Positions 1 to 10,199 of a stretch of 31,792 nucleotides of DNA are shown here, piece by piece. The notes under the pieces are model-generated. The model saw only the letters and a program-made list of their open reading frames with translations, searched no databases and had not been told where the DNA came from. Within the stretch, counting starts at the first letter, position 1. Every line of letters begins with the position of its first letter. The stretch comes from Chlamydiales bacterium (GTDB lineage: Bacteria; Chlamydiota; Chlamydiia; Chlamydiales; JBDQID01). The position numbers and the translations under genes are program-made. Where the stretch lies: contig JBLFWS010000021.1 in the NCBI GenBank assembly GCA_047611865.1, forward strand, positions 1 to 31,792, written 5' to 3'.

Positions 1-482
1 CCCTCTAGCTCGAAAGGAGGATCATCAGTCATATCTCGTGTTTCAAAATGCGCTGCTTTCACCATATATCCTTTACCAGGAACGATTGATAAGAGCGTAA
101 AACACAAAAAACCCTCAGGACTTATTGCTACTGGATTTTGTCTATCCAAATTCCCCCAAGGCACAAAGATCGCAAAATCATCACTTCGATATGAAATACC
201 CCCTTTTTCCAAAACGAGCCCAGAAAACCTCCGCCTTTTTAAGACTCCCGATATCACAGAAATGGCAAGAAAAGGAAGGCTCCAATACATACTTTCTTTG
301 CCCCAAAGGAAAAGTAAACTCACCAATAAAACACAGGAAGCTAAAAATGATGCTAAAATCCAACGCATTGAAAAAAAAGAGCGCCAAATACCTGGAGATT
401 TTTCAACGAAAGCAATATCCCTTTCGCCAATACCCTTCTCCTGGAAAATACTTTCTATAATATCCGGTGTAGCCTTGATCAC
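1..482 (-). CDS. hypothetical membrane protein, partial (runs off the window edge)
   Basis: Manual translation from GTG at 482 (GGGAG just upstream) stays open to position 1: VIKATPDIIESIFQEKG...WILASFLASCVLLVSLLFLW...YWSLPFLAISVISGVLKRRR... Two hydrophobic helices are followed by a soluble domain. It is absent from the ORF track because there is no stop codon in the window. Confidence 0.6.
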   Translation of the reverse strand, partial: MIKATPDIIESIFQEKGIGERDIAFVEKSPGIWRSFFSMRWILASFLASCVLLVSLLFLWGKESMYWSLPFLAISVISGVLKRRRFSGLVLEKGGISYRSDDFAIFVPWGNLDRQNPVAISPEGFLCFTLLSIVPGKGYMVKAAHFETRDMTDDPPFELE

Positions 483-655
483 AGATATCTCCCTATCAAA
501 CCACGCTCCTTAAACAGTCAATTAGACATTGTAGTTTCAAAATTACGAGTATTACACAATACTCTAATCTAAACATGGCGCTTTAACTTGATCAATGTTA
601 TTTTTCAGATGTTTCCTGAATTTAGACAGCAAGGTTTGAATCCGGGCCATTTGGT

Positions 656-2014
656 ATGCTACAAAAAATTGATTCACATTTCTTTCAGAAAAAACAACTC
701 CACATTGGGATAGTTGGATTCTACCTCCTGCCCATAATATTTTATTCCTCATACTTTCAGTTCTATCCCTCATCCGAAATGGCATGGGAGCTCTTTACCT
801 CTGGTCTCCTATTATCCCTAGTAGGCTGTACTTTTTTGTTTTATATCGCAGGCCGTTGGGAAGAAGCGATGAAGCAAAAGGTCTCCATCCTTGTTGAAAC
901 GAAGCTAAAAAAGCTTCTGGCAGAAGAGCTTCCCTCCAAAGAATACGCATCATCTGATGCTATCCACACAGATGAACCTACCCCTCAGAATTCCGCTGCA
1001 GCTCCTTTAGAAGCTCTCATTTCAGAACATAAAAGTGCACAAGAAACGATCCACTCCCTGAATTTATTATTACTGAATAAAGATCAAACGATCACGGAGA
1101 TAGAAAAAGAAATAGAACAAAAAAATCAGGATATCTTCCATAAAACCCAAGAAATTCAAGAAACTCACCAGGAAATTGAGAACCTCCGTGCTGGAATTGA
1201 AAAAAGAGAAGAAGAATTCCATAACTACCAGCTAAGCATGCAAGATCAACTCTCTCAAAAAGACAAACTCTTATCCGAATACCAAGAGACCATTTCTGAA
1301 CAAAGTGCTTTATTAGAAAAAAGACATAAAACCATACACAAATTAGAAAACAAGGTCCGCGACCTCAACTACGAAGTAAAAACCCTGCTACAACTAGGCT
1401 CTGTTCCAACTCCCCAAGAACATGTAGAAGAGACAGAGGAAAGTAGTAACCATCCATTGATGGAAGTTTTTGACTCCAATGAGTTCAAAAGTTCCAATAT
1501 AGACCACTTATACCAACCCATGAGTGTATCATCCAATAAAGAAATTCATACCCCCTACGATGCCGCTGTACGCCTCCAAAGATGCCTCGAAACAGCACAA
1601 AGACTTCGTGGTATTAATAACCTGGGCGGAAGCTCCCCTCGATTTTCAAATGTCAGCCTAGACCACTATGCCATCGATCTACGCCGCTTATTCGACAGCT
1701 TTCGTAATGAGAATTCCTGTACGATTCTTATATACTCCCAGTCTAAAGACAAACTATTGTTTGTAAATAATCACGTCAAAAGTTCCCTCGGATGGAGTCC
1801 TGAAAAATTTGTAAAAGACTTTCACAACCTCGTCCATAAAGGAGCGGGTGAATGGAAAACTTCACTCGATAAACTTAACCACGCTCCAGAAAGCCAAGCT
1901 CGTCTCATGATACAATCAAAAAACGGCGAAGATAAACTTATACACTGCCACTTGGGAATTATTCAGAGTGGTATCTTCAAAAATCATGTTATCGGAATAC
2001 TGTTCCCTGTCTAA
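656..2014 (+). CDS. UPF0242-like membrane-anchored coiled-coil protein with C-terminal PAS-like domain
   Basis: Two N-terminal TM segments, a long E/Q/K-rich coiled coil, and a C-terminal PAS-like segment (LIYSQSKDKLLFVNNHVKSSLGWSPEKF...HCHLGII...HVIGILFP) resembling the chlamydial UPF0242 family. Confidence 0.7.
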   Translation: MLQKIDSHFFQKKQLHIGIVGFYLLPIIFYSSYFQFYPSSEMAWELFTSGLLLSLVGCTFLFYIAGRWEEAMKQKVSILVETKLKKLLAEELPSKEYASSDAIHTDEPTPQNSAAAPLEALISEHKSAQETIHSLNLLLLNKDQTITEIEKEIEQKNQDIFHKTQEIQETHQEIENLRAGIEKREEEFHNYQLSMQDQLSQKDKLLSEYQETISEQSALLEKRHKTIHKLENKVRDLNYEVKTLLQLGSVPTPQEHVEETEESSNHPLMEVFDSNEFKSSNIDHLYQPMSVSSNKEIHTPYDAAVRLQRCLETAQRLRGINNLGGSSPRFSNVSLDHYAIDLRRLFDSFRNENSCTILIYSQSKDKLLFVNNHVKSSLGWSPEKFVKDFHNLVHKGAGEWKTSLDKLNHAPESQARLMIQSKNGEDKLIHCHLGIIQSGIFKNHVIGILFPV

Positions 2015-2838
2015 ATTCTTTGTTTTTGGAATATACCCAGCCCTTCAAGATCAAAAGAGTGGTAGAACTCTGATATTTTACAAATCTTCTTCACCTGCTC
2101 TTCTGAAAGAACTTCTTTCCCCCGACCAATTCGTCCTTCGTTAAAACGAATTTCCCTTTTCCTGTTTTTCTCAAGTTCTAGAACACACTGCAAAGTCATC
2201 GCCTCTGAGACCTCTTCTCCGATAAAATTAGCAGCTTTAATTACCGTTCCCACCTTATCTCCAATAAGCTCTTCATATGTAATAAATAGCGGATTGATCA
2301 CCTTATATTGAGCTGCTTCTTTCCAGGAAATATAGAAATCAAAGAACAAATGACAAAATCGTTCAATGAGAAAATCTAACTGTCTTTCATTTGATAAGAG
2401 CTTAAAATTCTTTAACCTACTCGGGGGGAATACAGAAAAAAACCAGCCCGTTTCCTCTGGCTTTGCTCTCGAAAGATGATCTCGTAAACTCACAATTGTA
2501 TCAAAAATATTCCTCGAAAGTACAATAGGTATCAACTGCCCCCTTTGAATCGAATAAATATTATCCTGGTTTCCAAGAGAATGATGGTGAGCGACAGTAT
2601 TTTGCCCCGATGCTTTCTCAGCCAATACCTTCGGCCAATATAGGTTGTGATGACTAAATCCCCCTTTATACGTAAACTGATTTTTCTTGTAGCGAAGCAC
2701 TTCTATAAGAGCAAAATGGAAAAAAGACCCTCCACTTTTGGGATTGGCCAGAACAATGACATTTCTATTGCTAGAACTGATTTGCACTTGTTCAAGAAAC
2801 TTTAGTTGCGAAAGAAGCTGATTTTGGTTCATCACCAC
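2011..2838 (-). CDS. PAPS-dependent sulfotransferase-domain protein
   Basis: 5'-PSB-like loop IVLANPKSGGSFF, 3'-PB-like RNIFDTIVSL, ITYEEL and C-terminal RFNEGRIGRGKEVLSEEQ. Overlaps the convergent gene by 4 nt. Confidence 0.75.
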   Translation of the reverse strand: MVMNQNQLLSQLKFLEQVQISSSNRNVIVLANPKSGGSFFHFALIEVLRYKKNQFTYKGGFSHHNLYWPKVLAEKASGQNTVAHHHSLGNQDNIYSIQRGQLIPIVLSRNIFDTIVSLRDHLSRAKPEETGWFFSVFPPSRLKNFKLLSNERQLDFLIERFCHLFFDFYISWKEAAQYKVINPLFITYEELIGDKVGTVIKAANFIGEEVSEAMTLQCVLELEKNRKREIRFNEGRIGRGKEVLSEEQVKKICKISEFYHSFDLEGLGIFQKQRI

Positions 2839-2961
2839 CCCTCCATTATCTACTGTTAATGCAAGAATTGTTCCAATCTTTTATCCATCCAGATTTGCTT
2901 CTTGAAAACTTTCCCCTCGCTTGATATGAAGGTAGCCTTTTATTACCCCGTGCTTGACGAA

Positions 2962-5130
2962 ATGAACTACAAAATAATTCTATTACTTCTTTTCTGCGCA
3001 AAATTTGTTTCTGCATATACAGAACAGGAATATCCTCCAGAGAACACAGCTATTACCCTTACAGAGAACGGCTTACTTCGTAATCTTGAAATCGTCAGCT
3101 ATTGGGAAAAAATGGAGAAAAATCCCCCTCCATCATTTTACAACCACCTTCTCCAAATGGGCTATTTCAACATGCCTTCCGCAAGAGTGGGTAAAAGCGG
3201 AACAGTAGCAGTAGGCTTCTCCTGGGTACCTCCTTATAGAAACTACAACCTCCACTTTCAGCCCCTCGAACGACTTGAAATCTCTGGAAACTACCGTGTT
3301 TTCAGCGGTGTCTCTGATGTCGTCCTATCTCCCCATGGATTTGGGGACTATGCTGACAAGGGCGCTAACGTAAAATTTAGTCTTATTCAGCCTCAGGATA
3401 GTGACTACGCTCTGCCAGGCATTGCAGTAGGCCTGGAAGACTTTCACGGCAGCAAGCTCTTCGAATCCCGATACCTCGTCTTCACACAAGTATGGCCTGA
3501 CTTTAATGCAGAAACAAGTATCGGCTTTGGCAACAAACGCATCAATGGAATATTTGGCGGTTTCAGCTGGCTACCATGGTATCACAAAAGAGACTCCGCC
3601 TTACAAAAGCTGGCAATTGTAGCAGAATACGACTCCACAGACTATGAAAGAAAAGAACCCAATCCACACGGGCGCAAACAAAGTAGTCCAGTAAATTATG
3701 GTCTGAAATATCGCTTTGCCGATTACTGGGACTTTTCCCTCAGTCATATTCGTGGAGAAGAATTGGCGGGTTCTATCAACGTCTCTCACAACCTAGGAGA
3801 AACAAAGGGCTTTCTTCCCAAAATTGACGACCCTCTCCCATACAAATCTCCTGTAAACACTGAACAACTTGGACTTATACGCCAAAAAAACATGCTTGCT
3901 CAAGACCTCACCTTTGCTCTTACAGAACAAGGATTTAAAGTCCTTGATATTATTCTGTCTCCTGATCCCAAAGACGAAAAGAAAGATTCCCTTTGGGTAA
4001 AACTCGAGAATAAGGTTTATCGTGAAGAACGGGAAACCCATAAACGTATCAGCTATGTTTTAAGAGCTTTGCTACCATCCAACTTGTCTAAAGTAACTGT
4101 TGTTATCGAATCTGACGATCTCCCTAGCCACCGCTATGACTTTCGTAACGAGGACCTTCAACACTATAGGACTGGCTCAATAAGTAAATACGAGCATAGC
4201 ATCCTTTCCCCTATGAAAGAAGTGACATACCCTCCAAAAGCCACTCGTGAAATCTTATACCACAAAAATAAGCCATGGACTGACTTCTCCTTCAGGCCCA
4301 GAATGGCTTCCTTTTTCGGAGGTGCCACCGGAAAATACAAATACGACCTTGGGCTTGCGGCTTTAATCAAAGGTTTTTTGTTTGATGATCTCATGTATCA
4401 ATGTCAGCTGGGCTACACCATTGCATCCACGACCGATGACCTGCGCGATACCGACCGCTTAAACCCTTCCCAAATTATTAATATTCGTAGTGACTACATT
4501 CGTTACCGGCAGGAAAACTCTTTCACGATCGATCAGGCATTTATTCAAAAAAATTGGTACTTGGGCAATGCTTTATATTCCAGAATTTCAGGAGGCCATT
4601 TTGAAGTAGCCTTCGGTGGAATAGCCTCAGAACTCCTTTATTACCCAGTAGGCAGCGATTGGGCAATCGGTGCGGAAGCAGCCCTCATAAGGAAACGAGA
4701 ATATAGTGGCTTGGGATTTCAAAATGAGGTTCGCAAGCTCAATGGCTTCACCCCCACATATCAAGAATATAAAGGAAGCCAGTACTTTTTAGACTTCTAT
4801 TACGACATACCCGCCGTCAACATGGATCTGAAAATCAGCGCAGGGCAATTTTTGGCATTTGACAAAGGCGTTCGCACTGAGGTTTCTAGAAATTTCGACA
4901 ACGGCTTTACCGTTTCTATGTGGTATACTGTCACCGATGCCATGGATATGATAAATAGCGAACGCTATTATGACAAAGGTGTCTCCTTCTCTATGCCTTT
5001 AGAAATTTTCTACACTAACAGCCGAAAAGACACGTGGGGATACGGAATGTCCGCATGGCTGAGAGACGTAGGTATTAGAAGCAGTACAGGCCAGTCTCTT
5101 TACTCCACCCTTAAGAACGAGCGAAAGTAA
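2962..5130 (+). CDS. YjbH/GfcD-family outer-membrane protein (exopolysaccharide-associated beta-barrel)
   Basis: GYFNMPSAR, PLERLEISGNY, DKGANVKFSL, PGIAVGLEDFHG, GQFLAFDKGVR and YDKGVSFSMPLE match YjbH-family motifs. A signal peptide starts at Met 2962 (MNYKIILLLLFCAKFVSA); the ORF is open from 2902. Confidence 0.8.
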   Translation: MNYKIILLLLFCAKFVSAYTEQEYPPENTAITLTENGLLRNLEIVSYWEKMEKNPPPSFYNHLLQMGYFNMPSARVGKSGTVAVGFSWVPPYRNYNLHFQPLERLEISGNYRVFSGVSDVVLSPHGFGDYADKGANVKFSLIQPQDSDYALPGIAVGLEDFHGSKLFESRYLVFTQVWPDFNAETSIGFGNKRINGIFGGFSWLPWYHKRDSALQKLAIVAEYDSTDYERKEPNPHGRKQSSPVNYGLKYRFADYWDFSLSHIRGEELAGSINVSHNLGETKGFLPKIDDPLPYKSPVNTEQLGLIRQKNMLAQDLTFALTEQGFKVLDIILSPDPKDEKKDSLWVKLENKVYREERETHKRISYVLRALLPSNLSKVTVVIESDDLPSHRYDFRNEDLQHYRTGSISKYEHSILSPMKEVTYPPKATREILYHKNKPWTDFSFRPRMASFFGGATGKYKYDLGLAALIKGFLFDDLMYQCQLGYTIASTTDDLRDTDRLNPSQIINIRSDYIRYRQENSFTIDQAFIQKNWYLGNALYSRISGGHFEVAFGGIASELLYYPVGSDWAIGAEAALIRKREYSGLGFQNEVRKLNGFTPTYQEYKGSQYFLDFYYDIPAVNMDLKISAGQFLAFDKGVRTEVSRNFDNGFTVSMWYTVTDAMDMINSERYYDKGVSFSMPLEIFYTNSRKDTWGYGMSAWLRDVGIRSSTGQSLYSTLKNERK

Positions 5131-5186
5131 ATTTCCACTAAATAAGGTTCTTTACGGGGAAATATTTTCCTCTTTGAAAGAATATA

Positions 5187-5214
5187 TAAAGTACTCGCGT
5201 GCCTTTTCCGATAC
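5187..5214 (+). promoter_or_regulatory. sigma28 (FliA)-type promoter of the stand-alone flagellin
   Basis: TAAAGTAC-N12-TCCGATAC, 38 nt upstream of the flagellin ATG. Same geometry as the four tandem flagellin promoters. Confidence 0.8.
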
Positions 5215-5252
5215 TACTTTCGGAGTATTAATGTCCCTCGGGGAGAAACGCC

Positions 5253-6998
5253 ATGCCAAGTATGTTAATGTTCAGTCGCATTTACGACATGCATACGAGC
5301 TATAATACCTCTAGAAACGAACTTGAAAAATCAATGGCTCGGATAGCATCAGGAGATAAATTTGTCAAATTAGGTAGTGGGCTGGGCGGTAATCTTGCCA
5401 TGTCCGAAAGGTTCCGCTACAGAATAGCCTCAGCGAAACAGTCAACTCAAGCATTAGAACACGCTAGAACTTATGTCGACCAAGCTGATTTTATGGCATC
5501 TACAGTCATGAGTATCACTCAAAGAATGAGTGAATTAGCAGCCGTCTCTGTCAACCAAACTATCACAGATAATGAACGCGGTGCTACCAATGCTGAATTT
5601 CAAGCTCTCAAAGATGAGATTTCACAAATAACAAGAACTAGCAAAATGTTCGATCAACAAACCGTTGGCCGCGATGCTATTGTTTCCTTTGATGATAGAA
5701 CTTCTAATCCCACGACTGGTAACGAAGTCAAACAAATACACTTTTGGAACGCTCTTGGTGGAGACGAAGGCAAGATCACTAGAGATTTTGATAGCAACGC
5801 AAAAGATAGCCACAACAACTTTATCGGTTTCAACGTAGCTAATGACTTTACCATGAGCCGAGACGGCCGAAGTCTTTACTACTTAGGGACAACAGATTCT
5901 GCCGGAGCCACAGTAGCCCTAAAACGATATGACATAAAAAATGACGTCGTACAAACCAGTACGGATACCTACGCCGCAACAGATAAACTCTTTGTTGACG
6001 AAGAAGGAAGTGTTTTTATAAACGGTGCTGGAACATTATATGGACTAAATCAATCCACTCTTGATAGACAATCTACTGCTACAGGAATAACTAATATGTC
6101 AACAGGATTGGAATTCTCTGTTTACAAAGATCAGGTTACTTACCATACCACTGCCAATGAGATCGTAAGATATGACTTAAATACCTCTACACAAACAGCT
6201 GTGGCAGTTGCCAACCCCGCAGGTGTCGTCACCCCTCCTCCCGCCGCTGCAGCCAACAACTTCGGCTTAGCAGGTGTCGATCATGCATTTAGTGCCTCAG
6301 GACGATATGCTGCTGACGAAATCTCAGACGGAGTACTACGGGTCATCGACACTGTCACCGGCACAGGCACCACATTAACTATTACGGGTGGAACTGGCAC
6401 GGCAGATGCAGTAAAGAATTTTGCTTTTGATGAAGATAGCCGCAAAATCTATTACGTCGACACAACAAGAAATGAAATACGCTACCTCAATGTTAACACC
6501 GATAATAGCAATAACGTAAATTTATCAGTTGGAAGTACTGTGGTAGAGGGGAAGCGCGACATCACCTTAAATGGCCTTAACATGGGCGGATCTAATTTTG
6601 GTTCTATAGTACCATTTGCCCTTTCAGAGGACTCTGTTAGTGACATCGAATATGAAGCTGCAGACTTACGTCTCTATAATCTTGGTCTTTTAGAATCAAG
6701 TGTAGATACCCTAGCGAATGCAAACACTGCATTAGTAGACATGCAGACAGCAATAAGTAGAATATCTCAACAGCGAGCAAAACTTGGAGCTTATGGCAGC
6801 CGCTTCGAACATGTTTTGGATTCTCATCAATCCTACATACAATCTGTAATGGAAGGCGAAGCAGCCATACGCAATGTTGATATAGCAGAAGAAAGCACAA
6901 CTTTGGCTCAACTCACAATGAGTCAACAAGCATCTGCTTCAATGATTACTCAATTCAACAGTTCGCTACAGAGCATATTAATGCTCTTAAACGGATAA
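5253..6998 (+). CDS. fliC: flagellin, divergent paralog with predicted beta-propeller variable domain
   Basis: Flagellin N-domain (LEKSMARIASGDK...LAMSERFR...QRMSELAA...EFQALKDEI) and C-domain (RAKLGAYGSRFE...EAAIRNVDIAEES...LMLLNG). Confidence 0.9.
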   Translation: MPSMLMFSRIYDMHTSYNTSRNELEKSMARIASGDKFVKLGSGLGGNLAMSERFRYRIASAKQSTQALEHARTYVDQADFMASTVMSITQRMSELAAVSVNQTITDNERGATNAEFQALKDEISQITRTSKMFDQQTVGRDAIVSFDDRTSNPTTGNEVKQIHFWNALGGDEGKITRDFDSNAKDSHNNFIGFNVANDFTMSRDGRSLYYLGTTDSAGATVALKRYDIKNDVVQTSTDTYAATDKLFVDEEGSVFINGAGTLYGLNQSTLDRQSTATGITNMSTGLEFSVYKDQVTYHTTANEIVRYDLNTSTQTAVAVANPAGVVTPPPAAAANNFGLAGVDHAFSASGRYAADEISDGVLRVIDTVTGTGTTLTITGGTGTADAVKNFAFDEDSRKIYYVDTTRNEIRYLNVNTDNSNNVNLSVGSTVVEGKRDITLNGLNMGGSNFGSIVPFALSEDSVSDIEYEAADLRLYNLGLLESSVDTLANANTALVDMQTAISRISQQRAKLGAYGSRFEHVLDSHQSYIQSVMEGEAAIRNVDIAEESTTLAQLTMSQQASASMITQFNSSLQSILMLLNG

Positions 6999-7015
6999 TC
7001 AGGGAGGTATAAATA

Positions 7016-7567
7016 ATGACTCATCCAGAACATCAGGGTAAAGAACAGCTCTCAAACAAAGAAATGCTAAAAAACTCTTTGCGACGTCTGGCTCCCGAAT
7101 ATCTCCGGGATCTAAGGTCCAAGGAGGGACTTAGCGGAACATTCCAGAAGCAAGTATCAAATATTGAAAGCACGCTGCAAAAATGTGAAAAGTCTATGAA
7201 AAGACTTGCTAGCGATTACCTCAAAGAACTTTCCACCTTTAATTCCACGGAGTCTCCTCTCGAAGCAACTGAGGCCCTGCAAAACTCTGAATCCATTTGG
7301 CGTGAAGAATCCAAAGTTATCCTCACACATAGCTTCAATGGTGACGAATCAGACTACTTAGAAAGATTACGTAAAAATGCTCTGCAAATCATGGAAAATA
7401 AACTAATCGAAAATTGCAGGGATAACTCAGCAAAAAATATCACCGCACGTGTTACTCTAAGCTCAGAAATCCTTGCTACTATGGATCAAATCTACGAAGG
7501 CCAAGGGTACCCTGGCAACTCACCCACAAGGAATAGGCTGCGCCGCATTGCTGAAAGCTTCATTTGA
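7016..7567 (+). CDS. hypothetical alpha-helical protein, probably co-transcribed with the flagellin
   Basis: 183-aa ORF 17 nt after the flagellin stop, with a GGAGGT Shine-Dalgarno and no intervening terminator. Its 3' end overlaps hemB by 48 nt. Confidence 0.7.
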   Translation: MTHPEHQGKEQLSNKEMLKNSLRRLAPEYLRDLRSKEGLSGTFQKQVSNIESTLQKCEKSMKRLASDYLKELSTFNSTESPLEATEALQNSESIWREESKVILTHSFNGDESDYLERLRKNALQIMENKLIENCRDNSAKNITARVTLSSEILATMDQIYEGQGYPGNSPTRNRLRRIAESFI

Positions 7568-8536
7568 CATGTATTCAAGCACCTGCTTTGCACCATAGGT
7601 AAAAATGTAATCTGCTCCAGCTCGCTTTATGCTCAAAATATTTTCATACATCACGCTATTAGCATCAAGCCAGCCCTTTTCGGCTGCAGCCATAACCATT
7701 GAATACTCTCCGCTTACATGGTAGGCTCCAAGCGGCAAAGTAGTTCTTTCGCGGATTTTTGTTAATACATCCAGATAAGGAAGAGCAGGCTTAACGAGTA
7801 ACATGTCTGCGCCTTCAGCCTCATCTAAAGCACCTTCCAATAAAGCTTCACGAACATTTGCCGGATTCATCTGATAGGTTTTTTTATCTCCAAATTTCGG
7901 CGCTGAAAAGAGAGCCTCTCGAAAAGGTCCATACAACGCCGAAGCATATTTGGCTGTATAGGAGAGAATATTGACATTCTGGTGTCCGTTCTTATCCAAA
8001 AGATCGCGAATATATAATACTCGACCATCCATCATATCACTAGGTGCCACTACATCTGCACCAGCTTCGGCATGAACCAGAGCCATTTCTCCCAAGACTT
8101 CAAGAGTATCATCATTTAAGACTTCACCACTGTTACTTACGATACCATCATGCCCATGATCTGTGTACGGGTCGAGAGCTACATCTGTCATGACACATAT
8201 TTCCGGAACTTCGCTCTTGATAGCTCTCACTGCTGCTTGGAGAAGATTGCCTTTACGGACACCCTCAGTCCCCTTTGCGTCCTTACGCTCAGCTGGAACG
8301 ACGGGAAATAACAGCACTGCTCTGATCCCTAAGCGATAAGAAGCTTTCACCTCCTCAACAAGATAATCTATTGAATAACGATTCACACCGGGCATACTTG
8401 AAATTGGTTCTCGGACTTTATACCCTTCGATCACAAAAAGAGGGACTATAAGATCACTAGGGACAAGGCGGGTTTCCTGGGTCAGAGTTCTTAACGCTGA
8501 ACTTTTACGGTTACGTCGTGGGCGTCTAATCATCAT
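7520..8536 (-). CDS. hemB: porphobilinogen synthase (delta-aminolevulinic acid dehydratase), Mg-type
   Basis: RPRRNR, DVALDPYTDHGHDG (Asp-rich, no Zn-binding Cys), APSDMMDGRV, YASALYGPFREA, KKTYQMNP, LVKPALPYLD, AYHVSGEY. Start probably at 8536 or 8533 (GGAG upstream); the ORF is open from 8560. Confidence 0.97.
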   Translation of the reverse strand: MMIRRPRRNRKSSALRTLTQETRLVPSDLIVPLFVIEGYKVREPISSMPGVNRYSIDYLVEEVKASYRLGIRAVLLFPVVPAERKDAKGTEGVRKGNLLQAAVRAIKSEVPEICVMTDVALDPYTDHGHDGIVSNSGEVLNDDTLEVLGEMALVHAEAGADVVAPSDMMDGRVLYIRDLLDKNGHQNVNILSYTAKYASALYGPFREALFSAPKFGDKKTYQMNPANVREALLEGALDEAEGADMLLVKPALPYLDVLTKIRERTTLPLGAYHVSGEYSMVMAAAEKGWLDANSVMYENILSIKRAGADYIFTYGAKQVLEYMSNEAFSNAAQPIPCG

Positions 8537-8711
8537 TATCTCCATTTTTACATGCTTCAAGAGGGCATTCTAAACATATTCTTACAATTACTCCAAGAAA
8601 TAGTCTTTCCTTATACCATTTAGGCTTGTTCCGAAACCCACGTATATCATTGTTATTTATATCTTTATTTATTAAACTACCCAAGAACCTACTAGAAAGA
8701 ACCTAATAATC

Positions 8712-9452
8712 ATGATCAGCGTAACGATACTCAATAAAGATAGCGAAAGAACCCTATTAAAAGTCTTAGACTCTTTAAAAAGTTTCGATGATATCCTCAT
8801 TTTAGATACCGGTTCCACTGACTCTAGTCTAGAAATTGCACAACGCTATCCCAACGTACAAATTCATAAAACTGCCTTTACTGGTTTCGGAGAGCTTCAT
8901 AATAAAGCTTCATCCTTAGCAAAACACGACTGGATTCTCTCTCTTGATAGCGATGAAGAAATGACACCCATGCTTCAAAAAGAACTTCAGAATACAAGTT
9001 TTAAAAAAGACTGTGTTTATTCTTTCCCTATGCACAACTACTACAATGGCAAATTTATTAAATGTTGTGGCTGGTACCCCGATAGGCATATCCGTCTCTA
9101 CAACAAAACAATCACTGCATTTACCAATGCTCATGTTCATGAAGGAATCATCTCTAAAGGTCTGCAAGAAATAACTCTTCAATCTCCTGTAAACCACTAT
9201 TCTTACGCCTCCATTTCAGATTTTCTCAGCAAGATGCAACGATATTCTGATCTTTTTGCTGAGCAAAATAAAGGGAAGAAAAAGTCTTCCTTGAGTAAAG
9301 CCATATTGCATGGAATTGGGGCCTTCGTGAAAAGCTTCTTTATCAAAAAAGGGCTTCTAGGGGGTTATGAGGGTTTTGTAATATCTATATACAATGCCAA
9401 TACCGCCTTCTACAAATACCTGAAACTGTATGAAGCAAACAATAGGCTCTAA
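8712..9452 (+). CDS. GT2 glycosyltransferase (WaaE/KdtX-like LPS glucosyltransferase)
   Basis: ISVTILNKD, ILDTGSTDSS, WILSLDSDE (DxD), WYPDRHIRLY, HVHE, KGLLGGYEGFVIS. Confidence 0.9.
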   Translation: MISVTILNKDSERTLLKVLDSLKSFDDILILDTGSTDSSLEIAQRYPNVQIHKTAFTGFGELHNKASSLAKHDWILSLDSDEEMTPMLQKELQNTSFKKDCVYSFPMHNYYNGKFIKCCGWYPDRHIRLYNKTITAFTNAHVHEGIISKGLQEITLQSPVNHYSYASISDFLSKMQRYSDLFAEQNKGKKKSSLSKAILHGIGAFVKSFFIKKGLLGGYEGFVISIYNANTAFYKYLKLYEANNRL

Positions 9453-9454
9453 TA

Positions 9455-10195
9455 ATGTTGCTTATCCTCATGTACCATCGAGTGGGACAAGGTAAACATA
9501 GCAACTCCCCCAGCACGCTAAAACAGCACCTCCAATATTTAGCTGACCACTACCCGATAGTTCTTCCTGGTGACCCTCTCCCCAAAAGGGAACTCAGTAT
9601 ATGCCTAAGCTTTGATGATGCTTCCTATGATTTCTATCATTATGCTTTTCCCTTGCTATCCCAGCTAAAAATGCGCTCTCTTCTAGGTGTTCCGGTAAAA
9701 TATATTGTAGAAAGCAGCAATGTCTCAGCTGAAGCCAGACTTTCAGTACCCTATTACGACGCTATGAAAGGAAATGTATTTCAAGAAAAGGCTCCCTTCT
9801 GTACCTGGAAAGAATTGCGTGAAATGATTGGAAGTGGAAATGTCGAAGTTGCATCACACTCCTTCAGCCACGACAATGTGACAGAAGAAAACTGTGACCT
9901 CCAAGCTGAACTCATCAACTCCAAAGAGATCCTCGAAGAAAAACTTCCTCAAAACATCTCTACTTTTATCTACCCTTTTGGAAAAGCATCCCCTAAAGCC
10001 AAAAAAGAAGTCCAAAAACACTATGCTTACTCCATGCGTATTGGCGGAGCTTTGAACTGGGGCTGGCACAACCCCAGCAAAATTTTATATCGTGTTCCTG
10101 CAGATAACTTACAAGACATCAAGCAAGCTTTAAAATGGAATAATTCCTTGAAAGGCTATCTAAAGCTCGCATACAATAGTGTGATGAATAAATAA
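9455..10195 (+). CDS. polysaccharide deacetylase (CE4/NodB domain)
   Basis: ILMYHRV, LSFDDA, TWKELREM, ASHSFSH, FIYPFG. Confidence 0.9.
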   Translation: MLLILMYHRVGQGKHSNSPSTLKQHLQYLADHYPIVLPGDPLPKRELSICLSFDDASYDFYHYAFPLLSQLKMRSLLGVPVKYIVESSNVSAEARLSVPYYDAMKGNVFQEKAPFCTWKELREMIGSGNVEVASHSFSHDNVTEENCDLQAELINSKEILEEKLPQNISTFIYPFGKASPKAKKEVQKHYAYSMRIGGALNWGWHNPSKILYRVPADNLQDIKQALKWNNSLKGYLKLAYNSVMNK

Positions 10196-10199
10196 GTAT

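Noticed and set aside
125..785. Short ORFs 125-460, 181-387, 262-513 and 564-785
   Set aside because: They overlap the better-supported minus-strand gene at 1-482 or the UPF0242-like gene.
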